A stretch of DNA of 64,000 nucleotides from a bacterium. Its GTDB lineage: Bacteria > SAR324 > JACQKK01. The notes beneath the pieces were generated by a model, which was not told where the DNA came from, ran no database searches, and saw only the letters and a list, made by a program, of their open reading frames with translations. Every line of letters starts with the position of its first letter. Position 1 is the stretch's first letter. Position numbers and translations under genes: made by a program. Where the stretch lies: assembly GCA_965240465.1 (NCBI GenBank), contig OZ251219.1:79624-143623 (forward strand), written 5' to 3'. Shown here piece by piece: positions 30,983-40,777 of this stretch.

Positions 30983-31747
30983 TTGGGTATGAAAATTGAT
31001 TTATCAAAGTGTGTGGTTATGTGGCAGCAGGTAAAGTTGAAACTTATAGTATTGGTTAACATGGGAGTACTTTACCTATTGGCAGTGACAATAGCAGGGA
31101 CGATAGGGACTACAGGATGCTCTACAGCACGGAAACGGTATAAGGCAAATACTGTACGCAGTTTGTTGAAGTATCGTGATAATGAGACAGCTAGGTTATT
31201 TAAGCGTACTCATCGGAGTGGAAATTTGTACATTAATTTTCGTCCTGCTCTAGAATTAGATGCGGTTTTTATGGATAGACGACTACGTGAGGTGACTGTA
31301 AAGCGTTATGTGGATAATTTTTTGTTGTCTAAGAAGCAGAGTGACGTGTTGCATGCAGAACAAGTAAAGGCCTTTGATAATATCATTGAGATGTTGGTGT
31401 TTGTGTACGAAGGAAACAACAAGCGTAGTAATCTGACCAATGATGATTCTCCATGGCGAATTCTTCTGAGAGATGATGACGGACGACTGCACCCTCCCAC
31501 GGAGATAAAGCAGTTGAAAAAAAATAGTTCACAATATCAGTTACTAGAGAAAAATTTTACGGTTTTAGACCGTTGGACGCAGGTGTACCAAATAACATTT
31601 ACCAAGTTGGCAAAGGGTGTTTTGAGCCAGCAATTGGGAGATCAGCCATTTGAGCTGATATTTACAGGCATCAAAGGCTCAGTAACGTTGAGTTGGAAAG
31701 ATCTGTCCTTATTCTATCGTCTGGATGGTTCTAACTCTAAAACTTAA
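30983..31747 (+). CDS. Hypothetical secreted protein or lipoprotein
   Basis: Signal-like region ...MGVLYLLAVTIAGTIGTTGCS. No family recognised. Start uncertain; a Met at 31061 is possible. Confidence 0.4.
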   Translation: MGMKIDLSKCVVMWQQVKLKLIVLVNMGVLYLLAVTIAGTIGTTGCSTARKRYKANTVRSLLKYRDNETARLFKRTHRSGNLYINFRPALELDAVFMDRRLREVTVKRYVDNFLLSKKQSDVLHAEQVKAFDNIIEMLVFVYEGNNKRSNLTNDDSPWRILLRDDDGRLHPPTEIKQLKKNSSQYQLLEKNFTVLDRWTQVYQITFTKLAKGVLSQQLGDQPFELIFTGIKGSVTLSWKDLSLFYRLDGSNSKT

Positions 31748-32034
31748 ACAGATGGACAATTGGAGAAAAATTACACATCAATTTCTCGCGTGTGCTATGC
31801 TTCGTTGGTTAAGTAGAAAATTAAATTTTCTTGTATTTTTTCTTGTATATTGTATAAAAGCGTAGTACCGAGTACAGACACTCAAGGAGTACAGATTGGT
31901 TTTCGTGTTTCTTGAGGCTATTTTTTAATGTTGTTTTTATTTGTAGGTTTTTTTGTTATCATGTAGCCTAATGGCATGAAGCAGATGTCTGCAATATGCG
32001 TGTTCAGCAAGATTCCGTTTTGGAGTAAATAATT

Positions 32035-33885
32035 ATGGTTCGAGATACTATTACCCGTGGTCCCAATCTCATACATCCTGAGAAACCCAGTGCTGTTGGC
32101 TCGCGCAACAGTCTTAATCGGGATAATCGCAATGAATATGAGGAATCTAAGCTCCTTATTGATGAAGAAGTGGACAAGACACTCAACCACATCCACGCCA
32201 AACTTCCACCTGAGGTTTTGGAAAAATTGGACATCATGGGTAGCATCAAGTCCAAGTTACACAATTACTTCAACCAGAACTTCCAGAATATGTACAACCG
32301 CTATCTCACCACCATGGAGGATGAGCTTTCCAAAAAAGTTCGTGATTTGGTAGATAAGGAGGAATATCGTTCCCTCAACCGTTATACTCCACGAGAAATT
32401 TCAGAAATTCTAGACAAAATAGGCGGCTTGGAGAAATTCAACACCGGTGAAATGGAAAAGTCCGTTGTCAATATTTATGGTCACCTTCAAGGACACATCC
32501 AGCGCGGCATGTATGAACTGGAAAATGAAACTAATGCCTTGTTGCGACAAAAATCAGATGTGGGTGCTTTCGTCCGTGGTGAAAATGCTTATGCCATCGC
32601 CAAGTGTTCTTTCAAGAACAATTTCTACAGGCCGAAAAATGTGATGGATGTGAAACTGGCTATCAACATTCTGGATTCAGAGCTGATTAGCCCTATTTAC
32701 CACTATCAAATTCCTACTGAAACCATCATCAAGGATGTCATTAGCAAGCACGTCCATGAACTAATTGAACGCGAAGTGGAAGAGCTCAACACTACCCTCA
32801 TAGATGAAGGGAAAGAGGAACTTACCACCACCGAGTCCATGTTTGAAAAAATAAAGGCTCTTGACAATTACCTGGATGATGACACAGAAAATGAGCAGTC
32901 TAAGCGGTACCAGTTTGTCGCTAAGCGTTTCATGGATCGTATTGAAGGCCTGCAGGCTGAGGTAGATCCTGACGATTATGATCCTCTTAATGTACGTGAA
33001 AGTATTCAGGGTGTAATCGATAACGAGAACATTCGTAACCGAGGGTTCAATACCGCTATTAATAACCTCACTGCCGTTTTGGACACATCTCGCATGGGTT
33101 ACCAACACGTAGAAAACTTCAAAAATGCCCGTCAGGCTGTTGTTCGTGAGTACGAAGATACTGATGTTACCAATCTTCCTGATGAGCGCTACGCTGTTCG
33201 CCTTTCATACTATGATGCTGAGCAAGTACGTTCCATGCGTAATGCGTACGATGTCCAAATGCAAGAGATGCAAGCCGAGATTGTTAAAGTCTATGATGTG
33301 GTAAATATTCTATATGAAGACTACAAAGGTCGCACAGGCAAAAGAGACTACGATGATATCGCTCGCCATTATGCAGAGAAAAATAAAAAGACTGGCGGAA
33401 TTTTAAGGTGGTTCTCTACTGAGCTGGAAGAAGAAGAGGTTACTCCTAAGCTATGGAATGAAATAACTTTCGTTCCACCAAAAAGTACCATCGTTGAGGA
33501 AAGTAATCGCACTGATGTCCATCTGATTGAAGAACTCAGAAAGCGTATCTTTGAAAGTCGTAAGAAAGTGGCAGGTATATTTGGTAATCACTATCCTGCT
33601 GATCGTAATATTGTTGATACCCGTATCAGCTTTATGGAAAGCCAGTTCGAAGAGTTTGAGTCTAGGGTGAACCCTTATCACATCCTTCCTGGTCTGGTAC
33701 TGGAAATTGATATTACCTCAGTTAAGAGAAAACGCACTACCATGCTATCCATGGCTAATGTACTTAATGAGTTCCTTTATTCAGTCTCTAAAGGTTTCCA
33801 AGATACCGCTTTTGCTGAATTCTCCCGCAGACGCTCTACTGTTCGTGAGGATATTGCTCAGACCTTTGATAGAAGTACAGAGTAA
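32035..33885 (+). CDS. Hypothetical 616-aa highly charged (D/E/K/R/N/Y-rich) cytoplasmic protein, with no domain I can recognise
   Basis: Long uninterrupted ORF followed by a strong terminator. No Walker or other catalytic motifs seen. Confidence 0.45.
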   Translation: MVRDTITRGPNLIHPEKPSAVGSRNSLNRDNRNEYEESKLLIDEEVDKTLNHIHAKLPPEVLEKLDIMGSIKSKLHNYFNQNFQNMYNRYLTTMEDELSKKVRDLVDKEEYRSLNRYTPREISEILDKIGGLEKFNTGEMEKSVVNIYGHLQGHIQRGMYELENETNALLRQKSDVGAFVRGENAYAIAKCSFKNNFYRPKNVMDVKLAINILDSELISPIYHYQIPTETIIKDVISKHVHELIEREVEELNTTLIDEGKEELTTTESMFEKIKALDNYLDDDTENEQSKRYQFVAKRFMDRIEGLQAEVDPDDYDPLNVRESIQGVIDNENIRNRGFNTAINNLTAVLDTSRMGYQHVENFKNARQAVVREYEDTDVTNLPDERYAVRLSYYDAEQVRSMRNAYDVQMQEMQAEIVKVYDVVNILYEDYKGRTGKRDYDDIARHYAEKNKKTGGILRWFSTELEEEEVTPKLWNEITFVPPKSTIVEESNRTDVHLIEELRKRIFESRKKVAGIFGNHYPADRNIVDTRISFMESQFEEFESRVNPYHILPGLVLEIDITSVKRKRTTMLSMANVLNEFLYSVSKGFQDTAFAEFSRRRSTVREDIAQTFDRSTE

Positions 33886-33912
33886 TCGAATTTCTTACAT
33901 TATCTCAATACA

Positions 33913-33951
33913 AAAATCCCGCCTTCTTAAACAGAAGGCGGGATTTTTTTG
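33913..33951. terminator. Bidirectional Rho-independent terminator (14-bp perfect stem aaatcccgccttct/agaaggcgggattt, 5-nt loop, U-tracts on both strands)
   Basis: Read directly from the sequence. Lies between the convergent 616-aa ORF (+) and gnd (-). Confidence 0.7.
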
Positions 33952-34058
33952 GTGTCGCATCATTCCAGTGATAAAATATATATACGGGAAGGGCATCAGA
34001 AACACTGCCGCATTACGTCAGCAAATTTTCATTAAATTTTCATTTGCATAGTGGGTAA

Positions 34059-35489
34059 CTAATTATTCCATTTAGTATGAAAATTCCCAGTTTTATCTAA
34101 TCTTTGGTAAGTATGAGCACCAAATAAGTCGCGCTGGGCTTGGATGATGTAAGCCGGAAGACGTTTGGCATGCAGAGCGTCGTAGTAGGAGAGTGCAGAA
34201 AATATGGCCGCCAGTGGGTTACCTTTTTGTAGGGCAACCGCAACAAAATTACGCCAAGGGGGTTGCCTTTTTTTAACTTCTTTGTAGAAATAAGCATCCA
34301 TCAGCAAATTTTCCAGTTGCGGTTGTTGAGAAAAAGCATGCTGAATACTATCCAGAAGTCGTGCTCGGATAATGCAACCTGCCGTCCAAATACCTGCAAT
34401 CTTTGATAGAGGAAGTTTCCACCCAAATTCCTTAGAGGCCATGTGCAATAATGACATTCCCTGAGCATAACAGCATACTTTAGAACAAAATAGGGCTTCT
34501 TGGGCTTGCTTAATAAGAGTGTCATCGGTAATGACATCGGTCTCGTCAGCTGTTTTTCTTACAGTTTTTGCATTAAGTAACTGGGAGGCTCTTTGTCTCA
34601 GATCAAATTGAGCACTCATCAAACGTGAATCTACCGCCGCAGCAATGGTGGGAACACATGCTCCTCTGGCAAGAGCATCCTTCACCGTCCAGATGCCTGT
34701 ACCTTTCATAGGTGCAATGTCCTTTATCATTTCTACTAGCAGGCGATCCTTATCACAATTGTCTGGTTGACGTAGCACTCGCGCTGTGATTTCAACCAAA
34801 AATGATTCCAATTGGCCTTTATTCCAATCTTCAAATGTATCAGCCAACCGAGCGGGGCCTTGCGTGTCAATTAACACATCGCAAATTTCTGCAATTAACT
34901 GCATATCCGCATATTCAATGCCATTATGAACCATTTTTACATAATGCCCGGCTCCACCAGGCCCCATGTATTCTACACAAGCACCATGGCTTCCCACAGC
35001 TGCAATGCATTCTAGTAACGGTGCCAATTCTTGATACGCGGTTTTGTCTCCGCCTGGCATCAGGCTAGGGCCTTTGAGAGCTCCTTCTTCACCTCCGCTC
35101 ACCCCACACCCAATAAAGCGCAATCCCTTGGATATCATTCTTTGTTCACGGTTGTTGGTATCTACATAAAAAGAATTTCCACATTCTATAATCACATCAT
35201 CCTTATCCAGACGTTGGCTGAGATCTTCTAACACTGCTTCAGTAGCTTGACCTGCAGGCACCAAAACAAAAATTTTCCGCGGTCTACTAAGCTTCTTCAG
35301 TAGACTATTGTAATCTTTGGCAGTATCCAAAAGGTTGTTGCTGTTAGCATAGCGGTGAGCAAATGAGTCCACCGTAGCAACAGAACGAGAAATTCCTACC
35401 CCTGATATTCCATTGTTGGCAAAGTTACGAAGTAAATTCGCACCCATTACCCCCAAACCAACCATCCCTATTTGATATGGCTCACTCAT
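34059..35489 (-). CDS. gnd: 6-phosphogluconate dehydrogenase, decarboxylating
   Basis: Start placed at MSEPYQIGMVGLGVMGANL (NADP-binding GxGxxG). The track ORF extends 45 codons upstream across a tRNA gene, which I take as spurious. Confidence 0.85.
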   Translation of the reverse strand: MSEPYQIGMVGLGVMGANLLRNFANNGISGVGISRSVATVDSFAHRYANSNNLLDTAKDYNSLLKKLSRPRKIFVLVPAGQATEAVLEDLSQRLDKDDVIIECGNSFYVDTNNREQRMISKGLRFIGCGVSGGEEGALKGPSLMPGGDKTAYQELAPLLECIAAVGSHGACVEYMGPGGAGHYVKMVHNGIEYADMQLIAEICDVLIDTQGPARLADTFEDWNKGQLESFLVEITARVLRQPDNCDKDRLLVEMIKDIAPMKGTGIWTVKDALARGACVPTIAAAVDSRLMSAQFDLRQRASQLLNAKTVRKTADETDVITDDTLIKQAQEALFCSKVCCYAQGMSLLHMASKEFGWKLPLSKIAGIWTAGCIIRARLLDSIQHAFSQQPQLENLLMDAYFYKEVKKRQPPWRNFVAVALQKGNPLAAIFSALSYYDALHAKRLPAYIIQAQRDLFGAHTYQRLDKTGNFHTKWNN

Positions 35490-35546
35490 GTTTTCAGTGT
35501 CATTTGTTGATTTTTTAGGAACAGTTCTTGAGTTCAAGGACAAAAA

Positions 35547-35630
35547 TGCCGAGGGCGGGGGTCGAACCCGCACTCTCGTGAGAGAACTGGATTTTGAGCC
35601 CAGCGCGTCTGCCAGTTTCGCCACCTCGGC
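35547..35630 (-). tRNA. tRNA-Leu (anticodon CAA)
   Basis: Cloverleaf GCCGAGG/CCTCGGC acceptor, anticodon loop CTCAAAA, long variable arm, T-loop GGTTCGA. No encoded CCA. Confidence 0.8.
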
Positions 35631-35632
35631 CT

Positions 35633-36277
35633 TTAAGCAACACGAGCTTTAGGCTTGGTAAGGGTAGAGGTGTGCTTATCTGTTGTCAAGCTTGAGAGTG
35701 GCTTTCTAAAAAATAGATTGTCAAAGCCATGACGCCCCAGGGTGTCTAGGACAGCTACTGCGGTTTTGATAGAGTCTCGGTTGACCAAAGGCACGCTTAA
35801 ATGAGCTTGTTGATATTGGGGCTGACGTTCTTCAAACAAGCAGGTGATATAATCCCGCCATTCTTCATTGGTCTGTTGTTTGTTGTTAATCAGGGGACGG
35901 TGGCTGTTGCGTTTTAAGCGAGTAAAAAGGGTGTTGAGGTCTGCTTCCAAATATACGACTGTTCCTGCTTTCCGCAGTATCTCCATTCCGCATGGGTTGA
36001 TGGGCATGCCACCACCAGTAGCTACCACATGTTTTTCAAGATACAGAAAACGATTCATCATTTTAAGTTCTATTTTACGGAAAAATGCTTCTCCATGAGT
36101 AAGGAATATATCGGCTATGGACATGTTGAGGGTGTCCTCGATCAGTTGGTCTGTGTCTATAAAGTGATATTTAAGCTGGCGGGATATATATTTTCCCACA
36201 GTGCTTTTCCCTGAAGTCATAAATCCAGTTATCAAGATATTACTGGATTTCGTATTAATGTAGCTCAACTGTGTCAT
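35633..36277 (-). CDS. aroK: Shikimate kinase
   Basis: P-loop GFMTSGKSTVGK and the characteristic length. Confidence 0.85.
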   Translation of the reverse strand: MTQLSYINTKSSNILITGFMTSGKSTVGKYISRQLKYHFIDTDQLIEDTLNMSIADIFLTHGEAFFRKIELKMMNRFLYLEKHVVATGGGMPINPCGMEILRKAGTVVYLEADLNTLFTRLKRNSHRPLINNKQQTNEEWRDYITCLFEERQPQYQQAHLSVPLVNRDSIKTAVAVLDTLGRHGFDNLFFRKPLSSLTTDKHTSTLTKPKARVA

Positions 36278-37473
36278 GGTGCACTATGTAGCATCGAAGA
36301 TTGTGAGTGTCTGGGATGAGTATTTTTATTGCTTAGTAATGGTGGATGCCCGGTGGTTTGGTAAGGAGACTCAATCCATCCGCCCCCCAGCAAGTGATGG
36401 CGATCATAGAATACTACTGCTTGTCCTGGAGTGATAGCCCTGACTGGATCATGGAAGCGTACTTTTACTCGGCTGTGAGGTTGAGGAATAACAAGTGCTG
36501 GTTGCGGTTTGTGAGAATAACGTACCTTGGCTTCCACGGTAAAAGGATATCTAGGAGGTTCACAAGAAACCCAATTTACTCGTTTAACGGATAAGCTTTT
36601 TGAGAACAAGGCTTCTTCTGCTCCCAGTACTACTTCTTGGGTATGTGGTTTAATATCTACCACAAACATGGGACCGTTGCTATTTATTCCCAGGTGCCGT
36701 CTTTGTCCGATAGTGAAATAGGCAATGCCAGGGTGCATGCCAAGGAATGACCCTTCCATGTCCACAAGAGCACCAGGCATGCTGGGGAGCGATTCTTTTT
36801 TGAGGAAACTACGATAATCTTTTGAGATGAAACATATTTCTTGGCTTTCAGGCTTGTCCCATGTTTTAATTTTAAGGCGGTGAGCGATGTCTCTTACCGT
36901 GGACTTACTAATTTCTGCCAGGGGGAAGAGCAGCCAAGGTAGCTCTTTCCTTAGGGTAGTGAAGAGGAAATAAGTTTGGTCCTTATGGGTATCGTAGGGA
37001 CGAGAGAGTTTCCAACCGCTGGATATATGTTCCAGACGGGCATAATGCCCAGTAGCCAGGTAAGAACATCCGAATTGACGAGCCTGAGATAATAGCAACC
37101 CGTGTTTGATGGAGTCATTGCACATCACGCAAGGATTGGGAGTCAACCCATGTTGATAATCACTAATAAAATTATCAATTACTTGCTCACGGAAAGATTT
37201 TATATGGTTAACAACATAAAATGGGATTCCCAGCTGGGAACAGACTCTGCGAGCATCCAGGGAGTCATCCACAGAACAGCATTTTTTGTTGCTCTTTTCA
37301 GATTCTGGAATGTCGTGCAATTTCATGTGAATGCCGATTACATCCCAGCCTTGTTCCACCAACAAGGCTGCCGCCACCGAAGAATCCACTCCTCCACTCA
37401 TGGCTACCGCCACACGTCCTGAGGATTTATCAATATCGGTAGCAGGAGAAACAACCATGGTTTTCAGTAACAC
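36274..37473 (-). CDS. mnmA: tRNA-specific 2-thiouridylase MnmA
   Basis: PP-loop SGGVDSSV and catalytic cysteines (CCSVDD..., NPCVMCN). Confidence 0.9.
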   Translation of the reverse strand: MLLKTMVVSPATDIDKSSGRVAVAMSGGVDSSVAAALLVEQGWDVIGIHMKLHDIPESEKSNKKCCSVDDSLDARRVCSQLGIPFYVVNHIKSFREQVIDNFISDYQHGLTPNPCVMCNDSIKHGLLLSQARQFGCSYLATGHYARLEHISSGWKLSRPYDTHKDQTYFLFTTLRKELPWLLFPLAEISKSTVRDIAHRLKIKTWDKPESQEICFISKDYRSFLKKESLPSMPGALVDMEGSFLGMHPGIAYFTIGQRRHLGINSNGPMFVVDIKPHTQEVVLGAEEALFSKSLSVKRVNWVSCEPPRYPFTVEAKVRYSHKPQPALVIPQPHSRVKVRFHDPVRAITPGQAVVFYDRHHLLGGGWIESPYQTTGHPPLLSNKNTHPRHSQSSMLHSAP

Positions 37474-37519
37474 AAAATTAGTAATGCAAGATTGAAAATA
37501 TAATAAAAACCAACCAGCA

Positions 37520-38602
37520 TTACAATGAATTTAGCAAAACACTCTCATAAATTTGTATATTTGATCTTTTTCTGAGTTTTGTCAGCCATTTTTGATAGCT
37601 TTGTGTTTGTCGTGCAAGCACCATGATTCTACGAATTTGAGGCCGCGATTGGGCATAGGTCAACAAGCGTGCGGGGTGTTTTTTTTCCAATCGGAATAGA
37701 TGAAAACCCATCTGGGTACGCACCGGTTGTCCTCCAGGATTTGTTTCTCCAATATTTTTTAGAGAAAACACCATTCCATCAAATTCAACCGGCAACACCC
37801 CTCTTTCTACCAAACCTAAATCTCCACCCAAATTGCGATCAGGAGTAGTGGAGTACTTGCGTGCCAATTGGGCAAAATCGGATCCTAAATGCAACTGCCG
37901 TAGCACATTATCATACAATCTTTTTGTCCCCACGGCGATATGCCTTGCTTGGCGCATTTCCGATTGGCGAAACCCATGTAGATTACGTTGATAATACAAG
38001 CGCATTTCTTTCTCAGAAATAGGAATATTATTAAGTACTTCTTGATTAACCAGCTTTTCATGTAGCAACCGCTTGCGGACATGCTCTCTCCAGCTACGTT
38101 GCATTTCTATAGGTACAAAATTAGACGGCTGAACACCATATTCACCACCCAAGAGTTTTTTTAACATTTCATCCAGATCCACGTCTGTAATATGCAATCC
38201 CCTACTACGAGCCTCCTGACTCAGAAGTCTATCATCAATCAGCTTATTTAATATCAACTTCGCTAATGTTTGCTTTTCTTCCTTATTACTAGTCAGCAAA
38301 TGTTCCCAATGCGTAGAAGAATATTGATATGCTTTTTCATACTCTCCAAAATAAATAGACTCGTTGTTAACCGTGGCCACTAACTTACTGGTGGAAGAAC
38401 TTAATTTCTGCTTTCCATAACGTGGCTTGCTGACTCCCACCCATACCACCAACAAAAGAAACATCCCAATCGTTAAAAACAGAAGTCTAAGTCTACGCCG
38501 TGGCCAGCCTTTACTTTGCTTACTTGTGCCAAGAATCAGTCTAGATGATTTAGCTTCCTTTTCTATCAGCTTATTTTTCATCTCATTCTTTTTCATAGTC
38601 AT
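37520..38602 (-). CDS. Membrane-anchored parvulin-type peptidyl-prolyl isomerase (SurA/PpiD-like)
   Basis: N-terminal TM helix, SurA-N-like region, and a parvulin domain (RHIAVGTKRL...GGDLGLVERGVLPVEFDGMVFSL). Confidence 0.6.
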   Translation of the reverse strand: MTMKKNEMKNKLIEKEAKSSRLILGTSKQSKGWPRRRLRLLFLTIGMFLLLVVWVGVSKPRYGKQKLSSSTSKLVATVNNESIYFGEYEKAYQYSSTHWEHLLTSNKEEKQTLAKLILNKLIDDRLLSQEARSRGLHITDVDLDEMLKKLLGGEYGVQPSNFVPIEMQRSWREHVRKRLLHEKLVNQEVLNNIPISEKEMRLYYQRNLHGFRQSEMRQARHIAVGTKRLYDNVLRQLHLGSDFAQLARKYSTTPDRNLGGDLGLVERGVLPVEFDGMVFSLKNIGETNPGGQPVRTQMGFHLFRLEKKHPARLLTYAQSRPQIRRIMVLARQTQSYQKWLTKLRKRSNIQIYESVLLNSL

Positions 38603-38888
38603 ACCATTAAGCTACAATAGAACTGCTAATCTTCATTATGTTATAATTTCAACCCTGACACCAAATATTTAGACATAAAAAGGATACTATCTTTATGCCG
38701 TATTGCTTAGAAGATGTTTGTTGTTCGTAAAGTTGGTATTATATCAATCAATGTTTGACTGTATCTGCTTGGCAGGAATAGGGATCATGGCGTTAACAAA
38801 AGATTATCCATAGACGACAGATGCAGTCAAATATCCAATGACGTGCCAAAACAACCTAAAGATTGAGCAATTATTAACACTGAATGCA

Positions 38889-38987
38889 GGAGATGGATGA
38901 GTCACTGGTGGGCTCCCCGGGCTTCAAACCCGTGTGCGAGATGCTAACCCCGTCTTGGGTGGGTTCGATTCCCACACATCTCCGCCA
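38889..38987 (+). tRNA. selC: tRNA-Sec (selC), anticodon UCA
   Basis: 99 nt. Anticodon loop CTTCAAA is identical to E. coli selC. It has a 6-bp anticodon stem with one mismatch, a long variable arm, discriminator G and an encoded CCA. SelB is present in the same window. Confidence 0.7.
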
Positions 38988-39027
38988 TGTTTTTGGTGGA
39001 TGTCATTATTACCAGTTGTGATTATGA

Positions 39028-39645
39028 TCAGGCTTTGGTCTTATTCCAGCGTATTTTTAATTCCTGGTCGTAGCCAGGGTGAGTAGCACAAAGCAGAGTG
39101 TGTGCGTACAACTGTATATTTTTGGATTTCATCATTTTGAAAGCCGTCTCAATATTGTGATCAAAGAGTGGTTCTGGAGAAGGAAGGGTAGCCTGTTGAT
39201 GAGCCGAGTGAACAAATTCCAAGTAAATATTAAAATCTGTAGCTGGCATGTCAAGACTTTGGGAAACTGAACGAAGTAAATCAATTTCCTCATCAGCTAA
39301 CACGCCGTCAGCCATCGCCATTCCCATCAGATCTAACATTAGACTAACTGTCAGACCCGAATCGCTCATTCTTTTTTCAATCTTGTCGCGATTTCCAAGT
39401 TCTTCTTGCTGAGCAATATCCATAATTTTTTTGCCTTGGGATTCATCCAGTTCAAAGTCTTTTATCCAGCGTTTTAGCAGGCTATTCTCCTTAGGGTCCA
39501 AGGTTCCGTCGCTACTGGCAATGCTTGCCACCAGCATTAGATATTCTTTCCTAGTATCAACAGGGAGATCCGACATATTAGGCATGCCAGAAAAAACATT
39601 CAATTTTATTCGTCTACGATGTTTTTGTTTATCGAGCCAGTCCAT
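39028..39645 (-). CDS. TerB-like (tellurite-resistance TerB / DjlA N-terminal domain family) protein
   Basis: Weak by-eye similarity (LVASIASSDGTLDPKENSLLKRWI...); helical and acidic. Confidence 0.35.
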   Translation of the reverse strand: MDWLDKQKHRRRIKLNVFSGMPNMSDLPVDTRKEYLMLVASIASSDGTLDPKENSLLKRWIKDFELDESQGKKIMDIAQQEELGNRDKIEKRMSDSGLTVSLMLDLMGMAMADGVLADEEIDLLRSVSQSLDMPATDFNIYLEFVHSAHQQATLPSPEPLFDHNIETAFKMMKSKNIQLYAHTLLCATHPGYDQELKIRWNKTKA

Positions 39646-40777
39646 AACTAATCACTCTGACTTTATGTTGAAAATATAGTTGAAGCACAAGGTTACCGGC
39701 GAGTAGAGCAAAATAATCTGCTTTTTTCAAGGACAATCTTACCCAATGGTATCTATATTGTCCAGCGTTTTGCTTGGCTTGATAGCGACCAAAATCTACT
39801 ACTGCCATCCGCTGGTCCCCCCCAATGTATAGGAAGCGAGGCAAAAAGTCACTATATTTTGTATTTACTGGGCGGGCAGAGTTTGAGCTAAGAATTAAGG
39901 AATAGCTGGAGTTGGCAGTGGGTTGGTAAGTAGAGAATTTGGTATTGGCATCTTTAATAGCTTGTCTGTGTTGAATTATAGAAGGAAACTGTTTGTCCAC
40001 GGTACCGAATTTTCCGCTAAGATCGGCTACTGTGGGAGCACCGTAATCAGCCAATTTTAGGCTAATCGTATTCGCCGCTTTGGAAGAAAGAGATTTTTGT
40101 TCATTACTGGGGGTGGAGTAGAATACATTATTTAATGGAGTTTGGGTAAGGTAGACGACAACTGAATTTAGAGAATAGAGGCTTAGCTGTTCTGGAGGGA
40201 TCTTATACAGTAAATCTTCTACAAAAAATATTCCTGTCGATGGGCTAAGGATGGCCTCTATGGTTCTTCCTGGAATTGGAGTATTGATTTTTACGATTAG
40301 TTGTACGGTGTCAGAGTTATTGAGTGATTTACGGAAGTTTTTTGTAAGTTCAATGTCTATTTGTCCAGCTATCAGTATTTTTGTCCATTTATTTAATTCT
40401 TGGCGAGCTTCTACGAGGTCAGGTTTTTGTAGCAAGGTATATTCAAGCCGAGCGTAAGCTTTATGCAGTTTTTCTTGAGTAAGATAACGAAGGTAAGCCT
40501 TAAAGTTCTCAGGAGCAGCTTTTTGATTTACCCGTACCAATGATTCCTTAAAACGACTATTACGCGGTTTTCTTGCTACCGCGTGCTGATAGGCAACAGA
40601 AGCCTCCTCAAAGCGTTGTTCTTTTTCCAGCTTTAATCCTTCGCGATAATGCTCCGCACAACCGGAGATTAATAAGGACCAGGCAAATAAATACAGCCCC
40701 TGTTTCCTAAACCGTAGTTTATGATAGCTAGTCTGTAGCAGGAAAAAGCGGATAATTAGGAGCTTCATCAATAACAT
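39629..40777 (-). CDS. Hypothetical lipoprotein with TPR-like N-terminal helices
   Basis: Lipobox-like LLISGC. Start uncertain because the ORF overlaps the 3' end of guaB. Confidence 0.4.
   Translation of the reverse strand: MLLMKLLIIRFFLLQTSYHKLRFRKQGLYLFAWSLLISGCAEHYREGLKLEKEQRFEEASVAYQHAVARKPRNSRFKESLVRVNQKAAPENFKAYLRYLTQEKLHKAYARLEYTLLQKPDLVEARQELNKWTKILIAGQIDIELTKNFRKSLNNSDTVQLIVKINTPIPGRTIEAILSPSTGIFFVEDLLYKIPPEQLSLYSLNSVVVYLTQTPLNNVFYSTPSNEQKSLSSKAANTISLKLADYGAPTVADLSGKFGTVDKQFPSIIQHRQAIKDANTKFSTYQPTANSSYSLILSSNSARPVNTKYSDFLPRFLYIGGDQRMAVVDFGRYQAKQNAGQYRYHWVRLSLKKADYFALLAGNLVLQLYFQHKVRVISYGLAR

Noticed and set aside
35490-35624. A track ORF (34059..35624) extends the gnd reading frame 45 codons upstream across the tRNA-Leu(CAA) gene.
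   Set aside because: The conserved 6PGDH N-terminus starts at MSEPYQIGMVGLG. The extension overlaps a well-formed tRNA cloverleaf, so it is an ORF-caller artefact.
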